Below are positions 12,053-24,365 of a stretch of DNA of 64,000 bases, in pieces. Origin of the DNA: Mobula hypostoma (Eukaryota); NCBI RefSeq assembly GCF_963921235.1, contig NC_086097.1, positions 239,818,001 to 239,882,000 of the forward strand, given 5' to 3'. The stretch's first letter is position 1. Each line of letters starts with the position of its first letter. The notes beneath the pieces were generated by a model. The model ran no database searches. It saw nothing but the letters and a program-made list of their open reading frames with translations, and was not told the DNA's origin. The position numbers were made by a program, and so were the translations under genes.

Positions 12053-13854
12053 AAAGCAGCTTCCATCCACCCATCATCAACAACCACTACCGTCCAAACC
12101 TTGTTCTCTTCTCACTGCCGTCTTTGGGATGGAGGTACAAGAGCCTTAGGTCTCACACCACCAGTTTCAAGAACAGTTATTACTCTACAACCATTAAGCT
12201 CCTGAACCAACATGGATAACTTCCCTCACATTAATTCTGAATGGATTCCACACCCTACGGACTCCTATTCTGAGTATTATTTATTTACTTATTTGTTTCT
12301 TTTATGTGCATGGTTTTTCTTCTTTAGCACATCCATTGTTTGTCAGTCTTTGGTTATTTGTAAATTTTCATGCATTCTGTTGTATTTCTTTGTTCTACTG
12401 TGAATGCCTGCAAGAAATGAATCTCAAGGTACATTGTCTATAAAAAGTATTGAACCCCCTTGGAAGTCTTCATGTTTCACAATATTGAATCACAGTGGAC
12501 TTCATTTGTTTTTTTTTGATACTGATCAACAGAAAAAAATACTCTTTTGTGTCAAAGTGAAAACAGATCTGTACAAAGCGATCTAAATTAATTATAAATA
12601 TAAAACACAAATAATTGATTCATTCCCTTCAAGTCAGTATTTAGTAGATGCACATTTGGCAGCAATTACAGCCTTGAGTCTGTGTGGTTAGGTCTCTATC
12701 ATCTTTGCACTTCTGGACACTGAAATTTCTCCCCATTCTTCGTTTCAAAACTGTTCAAGCTCTGTCAGATTGCATGGGGATCATGAGTGAACAGCCCTTC
12801 TCAAGTCCAGCCACAAATTCTCAATTGGGTTGAGGTCTGGACTCTGACTTGGCCACTCCAGGACATTAACTTTGTTGTTTGTAATCCATTCTTGTCTAGC
12901 TTTGGCTTTATGCTTGCGGTAATTGTCTTACTGGAGAACAAATGTTCTCCCAAGTCGCGGATCTCTTGCAGACTGCATCAGGTTTTCCAGGATTTCCCTG
13001 TATTTTTCTCCATTCATTTTACCCTCTACCTTCACAAGCCTTGCAGCGCCTGCTGCTGTGAAGCATCCCTACAGCTTGTTGCGGTCATCACCATGCATCA
13101 CAGTAGGGATGGTGTGTTTTTGATGATGTGTGGTGCTTGGCTTATGCCAAATATAGAGTTTAGTTGTTCACCAAAAAGCTCAATTTTTGTTTCATCATCC
13201 CTAGAAAAGTCTTCCAGCTGACTTTGGAGTCTCCCACATGCCTTCTGACAAACTCAAGTTGAGAATTCATGTGAGTTTTTCTCAACAGTGGATTTCTCTT
13301 TGCCGCTGTTCCATAAAGCTGCAACTGCTGAAACACCTGGTCAACAGTTGTGGTATGTGCAGTCTCCGCTATCTCAGCCACTGAAGCTTGCAACTCCTCT
13401 GAAGTTGTCATACGTCTCTTGTTGGCCTCCCTCCCCTCTTTTTGCATGGCCACTCAGTTCTTAAGGATGGCCTGCTCTGGGCAGATCTACAGCAGTGCCA
13501 TATTCTTTCTATTATTTTGATGATTGACTTAACTGTACTCCAAGAGATATTCAGTGACTTGGAAATTTGTTTGTATCCATCTCCTGACCTGTGCTTTTCA
13601 ATAACCTTTTTGTGGAGTTGCTTGGAGTGTTCTTTTGTCTTCATGGTGTAGTTTTTGCCAGGATACTGACTCACTAGCAGTTGGACCTTCCAAATACAGA
13701 TGTATTCTTATTCCAATCATTTGAAACACCTTGACTGTATACAGGTCTTTATTTAACTAACTATGTGACTTCTAAAACCAACTGGCTGCACCAATCATGA
13801 TCTGGTGCGTCATATTAAAGGGGGGGGGGTGAATACTTATACAATAAATTATTT

Positions 13855-14062
13855 AAAAACGCAAACACGAGGAATTCTGCAGATGCTGGAAATTCAGGCA
13901 ACACACATCAAAGTTGCTGGTGATCGCAGTAGGCCAGGCAGCATCTCTAGGAAGAGGTACAGTCGACATCCTGACGAAGGGTCTCAGCCTGAAACGTCGA
14001 CTGTACCTCTTCCTAGAGATGCTGCCTGGCCTGCTGCGTTCACCAGCAACTTTGATGTGTGT
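13855..14062. mobile_element. Palindromic Penelope-pLTR-derived insertion carrying a hammerhead motif
   Basis: 15-bp TSD TACAATAAATTATTT (13840-13854, 14063-14077). Inverted arms of about 70 bp surround CTGACGAAGGGTCTCAGCCTGAAACGTC. Confidence 0.9.
13969..14003 (+). ncRNA. Minimal type-I hammerhead ribozyme motif (stem I weak)
   Basis: CTGACGA (13971-77), stem II, GAAA (13991-94), CG, TC, then GACTG. Confidence 0.6.
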
Positions 14063-14599
14063 TACAATAAATTATTTTGTGTTTTATATTTGTAACTAAT
14101 TTATATCACTTTGCAGAGATCTGTTTTCACTTTGACATGAAAGCATCTTTTCCTGTTGATCAGTGTTAAAAAAGCCAAATTAAATCCACCGTGACTCAAT
14201 GTTGTTAAACAATAAAACTTCCGGGGGAGGGGGGTGGTGAATGCTTTTTATAGGCACTGTAGTATATGGTGACATGTAGTGCATGCACTTTGGTAATAAA
14301 GTTATTTGAACTATGAACCTATAAATTTGGTGCCATTGGGCTACATTTCTCCTACTTAGTCTCTGAGCTGCAAGTCTGTTCAACTCACTTTGGGATGACA
14401 CAAGACATTATGCATGATGACAGCTTTGTGACATCACAGCTTGTCATGTGACTGCACATCTGGCTATCAGAAGCTGTGCAGTTGACAAGCACTATAGGTA
14501 GTTTATTTTTTTAAATCTGGGAATTATATTCCACTGACTATCAGATCACATACCATCTATCCTCTATCATTTACTTTAATTGATATAAAATTCATAGAG

Positions 14600-15345
14600 A
14601 TTCTAGCCCAACAAGCCTGCGTTGGCCAGGTACACCCATCCTACTAACTCTTACATCTTTGGAATGTGAGTGGAAACCGGACCATCTGGATGAAAGACAG
14701 GCAGTCACAGGGAGAATGATGAATCTCTTTACAGACAGCAGTGGGAACTGAACCGGGGTCATTGCACTGACCTAGATCTAGATTATGAGAACACTCAGTC
14801 CTCTTTTATTGTCACTTAGAAATGCATACATGCATTAAGAAATGATACAATGTTTCTCTGGAGCGATATCACAGAGAACAGGACAAACCAAAGACTAACA
14901 CTGACAGAACCACATAATTATAACATATAGTTACAGCAGTGCAAAGCAGTACCATAATTTGATGAATAACAGACCATGGGCATGGTAAATAAAGTCGCAA
15001 AGGTCCCCGAGTCGATCGACACCTAAGTCCCCGATAGCAGGCGGCAAAAGGGAGAAACTCCCTGCCATGAACCTCCAGGCACCGTCAACTTGCCGATGCC
15101 TTGGAAGCAGCTGACCACAGCCGACACTGAGTCCATCCGTCCGAAAACTTCGAGCCTCTGACCAGCCCCTCCAATACAGCCTCCTGAGTGCCAACCTCTG
15201 CCGAGCGCCTTTGACCTAGCCCTGGCTGATGAAACAAGCAAAGCCGAGGATTTCGGGGCCTTCTGCTCCTGAGATTCCGGTTACCACACAGTAGCAGCGG
15301 CAGCGAAGTGGGCATTTCAGACCTCTACGCTACCATGCCACCCAC
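14600..15345 (-). mobile_element. V-domain SINE interrupted by a non-autonomous element (14772-15320)
   Basis: Reverse V-domain (ctttggaatgtgagtggaaaccgg...gtcacagggagaatg). The tRNA-head remnant resumes at 15321-15345. Confidence 0.6.
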
Positions 15346-15424
15346 ATAATTTTCTCTATATTATTTATTTCCTAATGCCTTCTGAAACACTGGGGGTATT
15401 TTAGACCATGAATTCTTGATCCCA

Positions 15425-15985
15425 TCTAATACTGTATCACTGCCTGGTATGGAAACACCATACCTTTGAACAGAAAATCCTACAAAAAGTAGTGGATTCA
15501 GCCCAGTATATCATGGGTAAAGCCCTCCCATTCATTGAGAACATCTACATGAAACGCTGTCATAGGAAAGTAGCATCCATCATCAGAGACCCCCACCACC
15601 CAGGCCATACTCTCTTCTTCCTGCTGCTAGAAGGTTTAGGAGCCTCAGTACTCACATCAGCAGGTTCAAGAATAATTCCTGCCCCTCAACCACCAGGCTC
15701 TTGAATAAAAGGGAATAAATACACTCACTTCCTCCATCATTGAGATGTTCCCACAACCAAAGTCCTCACTTTAAGGACTCATTATCTCATTTTCTAGTTA
15801 TTTATTGCTATTTATTTTATTTGCATTTTCAGTTAGTTGTCTTCTGCACACTGGTTAATCTTTCATTGATCCTGTTATAGTTATTATTCGGTAGATTTGA
15901 TGGGTATGCCCACAAGAAAATAACTCTCAGGGTTGTATATGGTGACATATATGTATTTTGATAATAAATTTTACTTTGAACATTG
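15425..15985 (+). mobile_element. Old Rex1-like LINE 3' end
   Basis: ORF 15492..15704 (AQYIMG..SIIRDPHHPGHTLF) and a UTR ending aataaattttactttgaac. Confidence 0.75.
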
Positions 15986-17094
15986 GTAATGTCACTGTAT
16001 CATCTGTTAGGTCCACTGATGTTCTATAGGAACACTTTACTGCTAAGACCCAGGGTGAAATATTAGTTAAGGTAAACATTCAAACTCTGCTGAGCAAATT
16101 CCCATTTTTCTTAAACAAACTACAATGCTTCTGTAGTCATTCATTTACCATAAGAAATTAAACATTCAATATCTGATCTAACCAAACGTGAATAAATTAG
16201 ATATATCAAAATCAAGATTATAATGCAATTTAAAATATTAATAGTTGCTAAACCAGTGGAGGAAAACAAGCTCATTTTATACAGTGAGACTGCTTGGAAA
16301 TCTAATGAATGGTGATTCTGTCTCCCTTGGTACTTAAAATTGTGCTTCACTTAGAATTAAATTTCATTCACTCGGTTGGTATTCAAAGTCACATTAGCCT
16401 GATATTGTAAACCAGTGAAGAAGAAATAGATTCAAAAGGTACAAGATATAATTAACTATGTAAAGCAGTCTACATTATTGATAATTTTTCTTCCTAATAA
16501 AATTATAGTGCATTATGTTTTCCTCATGAACAAATAAAATGCTATTAGTATTAAATCCGTAAATGCGGTCGTATCACTGACATTAAATGGCCTGTCACTT
16601 TTTGACAGAAGGTGTTATGACAGAAAGGACTAGACTTTTATTAGTATGAAGGGAGATGGTGAAAATATATTTGAAATAATTCAGATGTAAAAAATAAGGG
16701 AGTAAGACCATAAATCATCAGATATAGGAGCAAAATTGGGGCATTTGGCACATTGGGGCTGCTCGGCCATTTTATCATGCCTGACCCATTTCCCTCTCAG
16801 CCCCAATCTCATACCTTCTCCCTGTATCCCTTCATGCCCTGACTAATCAAGAACCAATCACCCTTTGCCTTAAATATGCCCATATCTCATAAAGGACCAG
16901 GTAAATAAAAATACTCATCTTCTTTCCTGAACTGTTCCCTAAATCTAACAATGATTCCCCCTCAGGATGGTTAGGATGTTGATTCATTGAACTTCCAAGT
17001 CACCAGTTCAATTCAAATTTGCTGAAAATTCAGTTGAAATACGGTCTGACCATCATCTAGTTGATGCCAAACAGGCTCAATCATGAATATTCTT

Positions 17095-17425
17095 GCTGGG
17101 GCGACACAGTAGCCTAGCAGTCAGCATAACGCTGAATAGTGCCTGTGATCAGATTTCATTTCCTGCCGCTGCCTGTAAGAAGTTTGTATGTTCTCCCCCA
17201 TCACCACTTGGGTTTCCTCGGGTAATCAAGTTACCTCCAACATTTCAAACACATACAGTTAGGGTTAGTAAGTTGTGGGCACGCTTTGCTGTAACCATGG
17301 CGACACTTGTGGGCTGCTTCGGCATATGCTTCGAACCGTATCGGTCGTTGATGCAAGGGACATATTTCACTGTATGTTTCGATATTTTGATGTACATGTG
17401 ACAAATAAAGCTAATCTTTATCTTT
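17095..17425 (+). mobile_element. tRNA-derived V-domain SINE with Rex1-like tail
   Basis: Decayed tRNA head, V-domain (agtttgtatgttctcccc...gggtttcctcgggt) and tail gtacatgtgacaaataaagctaatcttta. Related copies at ~49300-50075 and ~57320-57500 (minus). Confidence 0.7.
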
Positions 17426-18564
17426 TCTTCCATGTGGAAATACAAATTTATATTTATTCAGTGGTTAAATGTCCATAGTCTAATCCCTTCAACAATTACC
17501 TAGATCTTCAATAACGTTCAAAGTTCAAAGTAAGTATGTTAACAAAGTATATTTGTGTCACCATATACAACGCTGAGATTAACTTTCTTTCAGGCATTCA
17601 CAGTAGAACAATGAAGTACAACAGAATCAATCAATAACTACACACAAATTCTGACAAGCATCCAATGTGCAAAAGCAAAAAAAAAACAAATAAAAGAATA
17701 AATAAATAGTACTGAGAATGTGAGTTATAGAGTCTTTGAAAGTGAGTTCATAGGTTATGGAATCAGTTCAACGTTGAGTGAAGTTATCCACATTGGTTCA
17801 AGAGCCTGATGGTTGAAAAGTAATAATTGTATAAGACTAATAACATGGTCATCCTGTCTTCTCCCTTTTCACTTATCTTCCCTGTTGACCTTGATTTCAG
17901 TGCCCACTTGCCCTCACCCACCCATGCTGTTGAACCCACCCCATCCTAGAACCCTACCTCAGACATGGACAATATATGTTCCTCTGTAAGTATACACAAT
18001 GGGCTTAGGCACTGTGACGATTACAGCAGCCCCTAATCACTTGTTTGCCCCATGCTCCAGTTTCCCTCCAGAAATCTCATTTCAGGCACTGAAATTTCCA
18101 GGCTTTTCAACCCTCCTGTGCTTGTAGATTTTTGAACGGGTCTGTGGACTTAACTGATAGGACTAGAGGAGATCATTAGAATTCATTGGACCTAGTAGTT
18201 GAAGGCAAATTAATTAGCATCGTGAGCACAAAAAGGATGTCAAAAGGGTGTTATCAACTGAGCTGTTAATTATTCATCTCTTAAGAAATCAATATTGCTC
18301 ATTATGCACATTCACCCTAACTCAAAATAATTGTGAAAGGGAGTAATCTTTCTCTGAGCAGTTGTGGCAGTTTAGATAACAGCAGAAAAATGAAAGAACT
18401 AGAAACAGGAGTACACCATCTTGTCCTTGGTGCTTGTTCAGAATTCAAAGGAAATATATTGTCGAAGTACATACATGCCACCATATACAACCCTGAGATT
18501 CATTTCATTGTGGGTATACTCAATAAATCCAACATCCATAGTAGATTCAATGAAGGACTGCACC

Positions 18565-18893
18565 ATAAGACCATAAGTCCACAAAGCAATAGGAGCAGAA
18601 TTAGGCCATTCACACCATTGAGTCTGTTCTGTCATTCCATCTTTGCTGATTTGCTTTCCCTCTCAACTCATTCTCCTGCCCTCTCCCAATAACCTTTGAT
18701 ACCCTCACTTATTAAGTACCTATCAACCTCTGCTTTAAATATTCCTATTGACTTGGCCTCACCAGCCATTTCAGGCAATGAATTCCACAGATTCGTCACC
18801 GTCTGGCTGAAGAAATCCCTCCTTATCTCTGTTCTAATGGGACATCCTTCTATTCTGAGGCCATGCTCTCTGGGCTGAGATTCTCCCACTTCA
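18565..18893 (-). mobile_element. CR1 3' end
   Basis: ORF 18668..18901 (RRDFFSQTVTNLWNSLPE) and a cataagac tail. Confidence 0.85.
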
Positions 18894-20777
18894 GATATCA
18901 TGGTAGTTTAGCAGTTAGTGCAACATTATTATAGCTCGGGCCATCGGAGTTCGAATGTGTGGGTTTACTCTGGGTGCACCATTTCCCTCCTACAGTCCAA
19001 AAATGTACCACTTAGTAAGTTAATAGGTCATTATAAGGCTGGGTTTACATTGAGAGTTGCTGGGCAGTGCAGCTCGAAGGACTGGAAGGGCCTATTCGGC
19101 ACTGTTGCTCAATAAATACATAACTATGCAGGCATTAACACAAATGAGAACCAGGCCTCAAGAAAACCTATTCACATATAAACTACAGGCGATAATCGGT
19201 TTGAAATTATAAGAACAACTATGAAAACTAAGTATGCTGTCAACAGAGCATAGATAACTGGCTCATAGAAGAAGGCTGGCCAGGAGATTCAGCTTGTAAA
19301 CTGGTGTAAACATGAGGCATTTTAGTGTACATTAGTAAATATAAGACAATGGGCCATTTCAATTTGCTTGCATCAAACGAGGCATCAGAGATCGAAGATT
19401 AACCTGTACATCAGATCCTCTTGCCCACCTAATCATATAAGCTACAAAAACCTATTGATTGCAGAATTGAACTTGAACATTTCATCCCCTTTTCTTTGCA
19501 CCAAAGGACCCTAATTTTAATGCTAAATGACTAGACTCAGTTACGAGACTAGACATGCCTCATGTTCTGGTAAAATGGTGGTGCGTGTAGATATAGCAGC
19601 CTCTTGGAGGCCCACCAAAGGTGCTTTTTTTCTTTGTTAAATATGTTTTTTTTATTGTAAGCTTATACTGGAGTCCAATAACTGTGAGTACAGCATGTCT
19701 ACCACATCAGTGAGCTGCTCGTTGTTCAGAGTAGCCTACTGGGGTGTCATAGGAACTGGCCAGCGGTTCAGGGAAGAGAAGGCCGGCAGCTGGGCCGCAG
19801 GATGAGAGTTGGGTCACTGGACTGCCGTCAGAGAGTCAGGCCGTTGGACCACGGGAGGAGCTGGACTGGGTTCGAAGGAGCTGACCTGGGTGCAGACCAT
19901 GCTGCTGCCTGCTACTCAAAGGCACCAGAAAGGCAGCATGCAGAGAAACGGTGAGTGACTATCTTGGACATTCCATTGGCAATTACAAGACCCTGTTGAA
20001 CAATGATTGCCACAGGTCTATTTCCCTTGTTTGGTGGTGAGACAGGAGGTGAGGCAACTGTGTTACCTCTGATGTGTTATCTTGCATGACTATGTTCTTT
20101 TTTTCTCTCTCTACGTATTTGGAATGCGCTGGTATGATTTTGCACCTTGGCCCCAGAGGCACACTGTCTCATCTGGTTGTTTCTATGTATGGTTTGAATG
20201 ATAATTAAACCCGATTTAATTTGATTTGATTTGACTCTGCTCTAAAAGGAAACAGTATCTTTCATCAACTTCAAAATTCTTTCTCAGAATCATGTACATT
20301 GCAATGAGATCACCTCCCATGCTCCAAACTCTAGCGTCTATCGTACTTCCTCAAAGGTTAGCCTCATTTCAGGATAAGTGGCTACGCTGCAGCAACTTTG
20401 GAACCAGTATATTTTCCCTCAGTTACACAGCTTATAATGACACAAAGTTGGCTGCAATGTATTATTGATTGACTTTGAATTCAGTCTTTTATTCTTTGTC
20501 GCAATGTGTAAAGAGGAATGCAATTGGAATTGTACTCAAAATTTCAAAGTTCAAAGTAAATTTATTATCAAAATACCTATACATCACCCGATACAATCCT
20601 GAGATTCATTTTCTTGAAGGCATACTCAGTAAATCCATTTTAGAATAATAACCATAATAGAAGCAATGAAAGACCACTCCAACTTGGGCATTCAACCAGT
20701 GTGAAAAAGACAACAAGCTGTACAAATTGCAAAAGAAAGAAATAATGATAATAAATAAGTAAGCAATTAACATTGAG

Positions 20778-21085
20778 TTGGTGCGTGGCCAAGTGGTTAA
20801 GGTGTCGGTCTAGTGATCAGAAGGTTGCTAGTTCGAGCCTCAGCTGAGGCTACGTGTTGTGTCCTTGACCAGGCACTTAACCACACATTGCATGTGACAA
20901 CGCCGGCGCCAAGCTGTATGGGCCCTAGTGCCCTTCCCTTGGACATCGGTGGTGTGGAGAGGGGAGACTTGCAGCATGGGCAACTGCCGGTCTTCCATAC
21001 AACCTTGCCCAGGTCTGCGCCCTGGAAACCTTCCAAGGCGCAAATCCATGGTCTCACGAGATTAACGGATGCCTATTTTATTTAT
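20778..21085 (+). mobile_element. tRNA-derived SINE with CORE-like domain and RTE-like tail
   Basis: A box TGGCCAAGTGG, B box GTTCGAGCC, and CORE-like tgtgtccttgaccaggcacttaacc. TSD TTAA(C/T)ATTGAG at 20767-20777 and 21086-21096. Confidence 0.85.
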
Positions 21086-21282
21086 TTAATATTGAGAATG
21101 TGAACCATTTACTAAGGTCCTGAATTACAGGAAAAGGTTGAACAGGTTTGGGCTTCATTCCCTGGAGCGTAGGACAATGAGGGAAGATTTGACAGAGATA
21201 TGCAAAATTTTGAGGGGTAAAGATAGGTTAAATGCAAGCATGCTTTTTCCATTGAGGTTGGATGAGACTAGTAAAAGAGATT

Positions 21283-21606
21283 ATCGTCGTGGCTATCCCT
21301 CGAGGTCGAGGATGATGGTCTTCGTTCTGTTGGTCTACTTATGGGGTTTCAAGTGGCTTATGAGTCCAATCTTGGCTTTGAAAGTTCTTCTGCATTCAGG
21401 ACAGGTAGTTCCAGATGGCAGATCGGGCTTTGGTTGTTGCTGCCTCTCTTTCCATTTTCTTCTCTTTTCTTCTAATTCTGCACATCTGTTGGCTTCGAAA
21501 GTTGCTGATTCTTCTCAGATGATGGCTCACCAGAGTTTCCTGTCCTTGGCATTGGTTTCCCAATTGTTGATGTCGATGTTACATTTCTTCATTTTGGCTT
21601 TCAAGA
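21283..21606 (-). mobile_element. RTE-clade LINE 3' end
   Basis: Minus strand reads LKAKMKKCNIDINNWETNAKDRKLW...CPECRRTFKAKIGLISHLKPHK*. Confidence 0.8.
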
Positions 21607-22637
21607 CATAGAAACATAGAAACATAGAAAATAGGTGCAGGAGTAGGCCATTCGGCCCTTCGAGCCTGCACCGCCATTTATTATGATCATGGCTGATCAT
21701 CCAACTCAGAACCACGCCTTCCCTCCATACCCCCTGACCCCTGTAGCCACAAGGGCCATATCTAACTTCCTTTTAAACATAGCTAATGAACTGGCCTCAA
21801 CAGTTTGCTGTGGCAGAGAATTCCACAGATTCACCACTCTCTGTGTGAAGAAGTTTTTCCTAACCTCGGTCCTAAAAGGCTTCCCCTCTATCCTCAAACT
21901 GTGACCCCTCGTTCTAGACCTCCCCAACATCGGGAACAATCTTCCCGCATCTAGCCTGTCCAATCCCTTTAGGATCTTATACGTTTCAATCAGATCCCCC
22001 CTCAATCTTCTAAATTCCAACGAGTACAAGCCCAGTTCATCCAGTCTTTCTTCATATGAAAGACCTGCCATCCCAGGAATCAATCTGGTGAACCTTCTTT
22101 GTACTCCCTCTATGGCAAAGATGTCTTTCCTCAGATTAGGGGACCAAAACTGCACACAATACTCCAGGTGTGGTCTCACCAAGGCCTTGTACAACTGCAG
22201 TAGTACCTCCCTGCTCCTGTACTCGAATCCTCTCGCTATAAATGCCAGCATACCGTTCGCCTTTTTCACCGCCTGCTGTACCTGCATGCCCACTTTCAAT
22301 GACTGGTGTATAATGACACCCAGGTCTCGTTGCACCTCCCCTTTTCCTAATCGGCCACCATTCAGATAATAATCTGTTTTCCTATTTTTGCCACCAAAGT
22401 GGATAACTTCACATTTATCCACATTAAATTGCATCTGCCATGAGTTTGCCCACTCACCCAACCTATCCAAGTCACCCTGCATCCTCTTAGCATCCTCCTC
22501 ACTGCTAACACTGCCACTCAGCTTCGTGTCATCCGCAAACTTGGAGATGCTGCATTTAATTCCCTCATCCAAGTCATTAATATATATTGTAAACAACTGG
22601 GGTCCCAGCACTGAGCCTTGCGGTACCCCACTAGCCA
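21607..22637 (-). mobile_element. CR1 LINE, 5'-truncated, young subfamily A with open RT C-terminal frame
   Basis: ORF 21706..22665 is uninterrupted from SGVPQGSVLGP through FADD to the stop codon. Tail (CATAGAAA)3. Confidence 0.97.
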
Positions 22638-22821
22638 CAAGGCAGAATAACAGTTCAGGATGCACTAGATTTACAAAAGGGCCTGTTTCTGTGCTGTAGT
22701 GCTCTATGACTCTTAATTAAATTAAGTGAGAAATGCGCAGTGGCCCTGCTAGTGGAAACACTACCTTATAGCACAAGAGAGCTCAGTTTAATCTCTCCTT
22801 GAGCCCTATCTGTGTGGACAG

Positions 22822-23800
22822 CAACACACAAAATGCTGGAGGAACTCAGCAGGCCAGGCAGCATCTATGGAAAAGAGTAAACTGTTCACGTTTCGAGCCA
22901 AGACCCTTCACCAGGACTGGAATAAAAGATGAGAAGTGAGAGCAAGAAGGTGGGGGAAGAGGAGGAAGAAGTACAAGCTGGTAGGTATTAGGTGAAACCT
23001 GGCGAGGGGGAGTGGTGAAGTAATGGGCTGGAAAGCTGAAAGGTGAAAGAGATAAAGGGCTGGAGATGGGGGAATTGATGGGAAAGAAGGCCATTGAAGA
23101 AAGGGAAGGTGGAGGGGCACCAAAGGAAGGTGCTCAGCTGGTAAGGAGATGAGGTGAGAGAGAGGGAAATAGGAATGGGAATGGTGAAGGTAGGGGGCAA
23201 TTACCCAAAGTTCGAGGAATCGATGTTAGTGCCATCAGGTTGGAGGCAACCCACATGGAATATAAGGTGCTGCTCCTTCAGCCTGAGAGTGGCCTCATCA
23301 ATGCTGCAGAGGAGGCCAGGGACTGACATGTCGGAATGGGAAAGGGAAGTAGTTTTGAAGTGTGTGCCAACTAGAAGATCTCGCCTTTTCTGGTGGACAA
23401 AGCTGTCTCCCAATCTACATCGGGTCTTGCCAATATAAAGCAGGCCACACTGGGAGCACTGGATACAGTAGATGACCCCAACAGACTCACAGGTGATGTG
23501 TCACCTCACCTGGAAGGACTGTTTGGGGCCCTGAAAAGTAGTGAGGGATGAGATGCAGGGACAGGTATGGCACTTGTTCCGCTTGCAAGGATAAGTACCA
23601 GGAGGGCGGTCAGTGGGGAGGGATGAATGGACAAGGGAGTCAGGTAGTGAGCAATTCCTGCAGAAAGCGGAAAGTGAAGGGGAGGGAAAGGTGTGCTTGG
23701 TGGTGGGATTGTGTTGGAGTTATAGAGATTTATGTGCTGGATGTGGAGGCTACTGGGCAGGTGAGGACAAGAGAAACCCCGTCCCTGGTGTGTGGCAGGA
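22822..23800 (-). mobile_element. Penelope-like element 3' part (GIY-YIG endonuclease plus pLTR with degenerate hammerhead)
   Basis: Minus strand reads CESVGVIYCIQCSQCGLLYIGKT...THF..SHSDMSV.GL...EQHLIFHVGCLQPDGTNIDSSNF. Then a pyrimidine-rich UTR and CTGGTGAAGGGTCTTGGCTCGAAACG at 22889-22914. Confidence 0.88.
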
Positions 23801-23814
23801 GGATGGGGCTCTCT

Positions 23815-24205
23815 ATCAGGGTCCTTAGTATTATCAAGGATCCTACCCAACCATCCAGCATCCTCTTTGACATTCCACCATCAGGCAGGAGACTCCAATG
23901 CATAAAGGCAAGAATGGTCAGGATGGGAAACTGCTTCTTTCCTCAGGCCATTGGGCTTCTGAAATCCCTGCCATATCACGTTCGAAGTGTCACCCAATAA
24001 TTTGCTCTGTATCCCAAAATATTTAATTTATGCACTTTATTTTGTTTATTTATGCATAATTCATTTGTAGATTTAATTCTTACTTTCCTAAGTTATTGTG
24101 TGTTATGCACACTATTGTGCTTTACACCCTGGTTCGGAGAAACGTTGTCTCATTTGGCAGTACACATGTATATAGTTAAATGACAATAAACTTGACTTGA
24201 TTTGA
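23815..24205 (+). mobile_element. Rex1-like LINE 3' end
   Basis: SIIKDPTQPSSILFDIPPSGRRL..FFPQAIGLL, with tail aataaacttgacttga. Confidence 0.75.
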
Positions 24206-24365
24206 AACGCTCCTCGTACAGTATCCCAGTCATCTCCTGCAATAATTCTTGTGAACTTCCTCCAGACCCCCTGCAACATCCCAAAGACATATGGGTTGGT
24301 AAAGTAAATTGTCCTCTTATCCTGGTGAGTTGGTAGTATCTGGGAGGAGCTGACAAGTGAGTGAG

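Larger units (their letters stand above)
12432..14259 (-). mobile_element. Tc1/mariner DNA transposon, decayed transposase
   Basis: TA TSD at 12430-31 and 14260-61. Long inverted repeats begin CA(G/T)TG(C/T)CTATAAAAAG. Minus strand has MKTKEHSKQLHKKVIEKHRSGDGYKQISKSLNISWSTVKSII (paired-like HTH), DETKIELF, and [15 protein letters not shown]. Confidence 0.93.
12053..14320 (+). mobile_element. Old Rex1-like LINE 3' end and UTR, split by Tc1
   Basis: Joining 12053-12431 to 14262-14320 restores ctcaaggTAgtatatggtgac, which matches uninterrupted copies such as 15425-15985. Confidence 0.75.

Noticed and set aside
13855..14062. CRISPR repeat, pre-miRNA or DNA-transposon MITE interpretation of the palindromes
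   Set aside because: There is no repeat-spacer periodicity. The arms match Penelope pLTR sequence, and the long variable TSDs indicate retrotransposition.
14414..14490. C/D box snoRNA (ATGATGA box C)
   Set aside because: No downstream CTGA box D or terminal stem at a suitable distance.
16030..16071. 42-bp plus-strand micro-exon (EHFTAKTQGEILVK)
   Set aside because: AG/GT boundaries exist, but the acceptor is weak and such matches are expected by chance in 64 kb.
20778..20855. tRNA gene
   Set aside because: A and B boxes are present, but the sequence continues into a SINE body and tail and is flanked by a TSD.
21706..22665. 319-aa ORF (and the 303/355-aa ORFs at 39329-41292) as host genes
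   Set aside because: These are 5'-truncated CR1 ORF2 pieces with LINE tails and several near-identical copies in the window.
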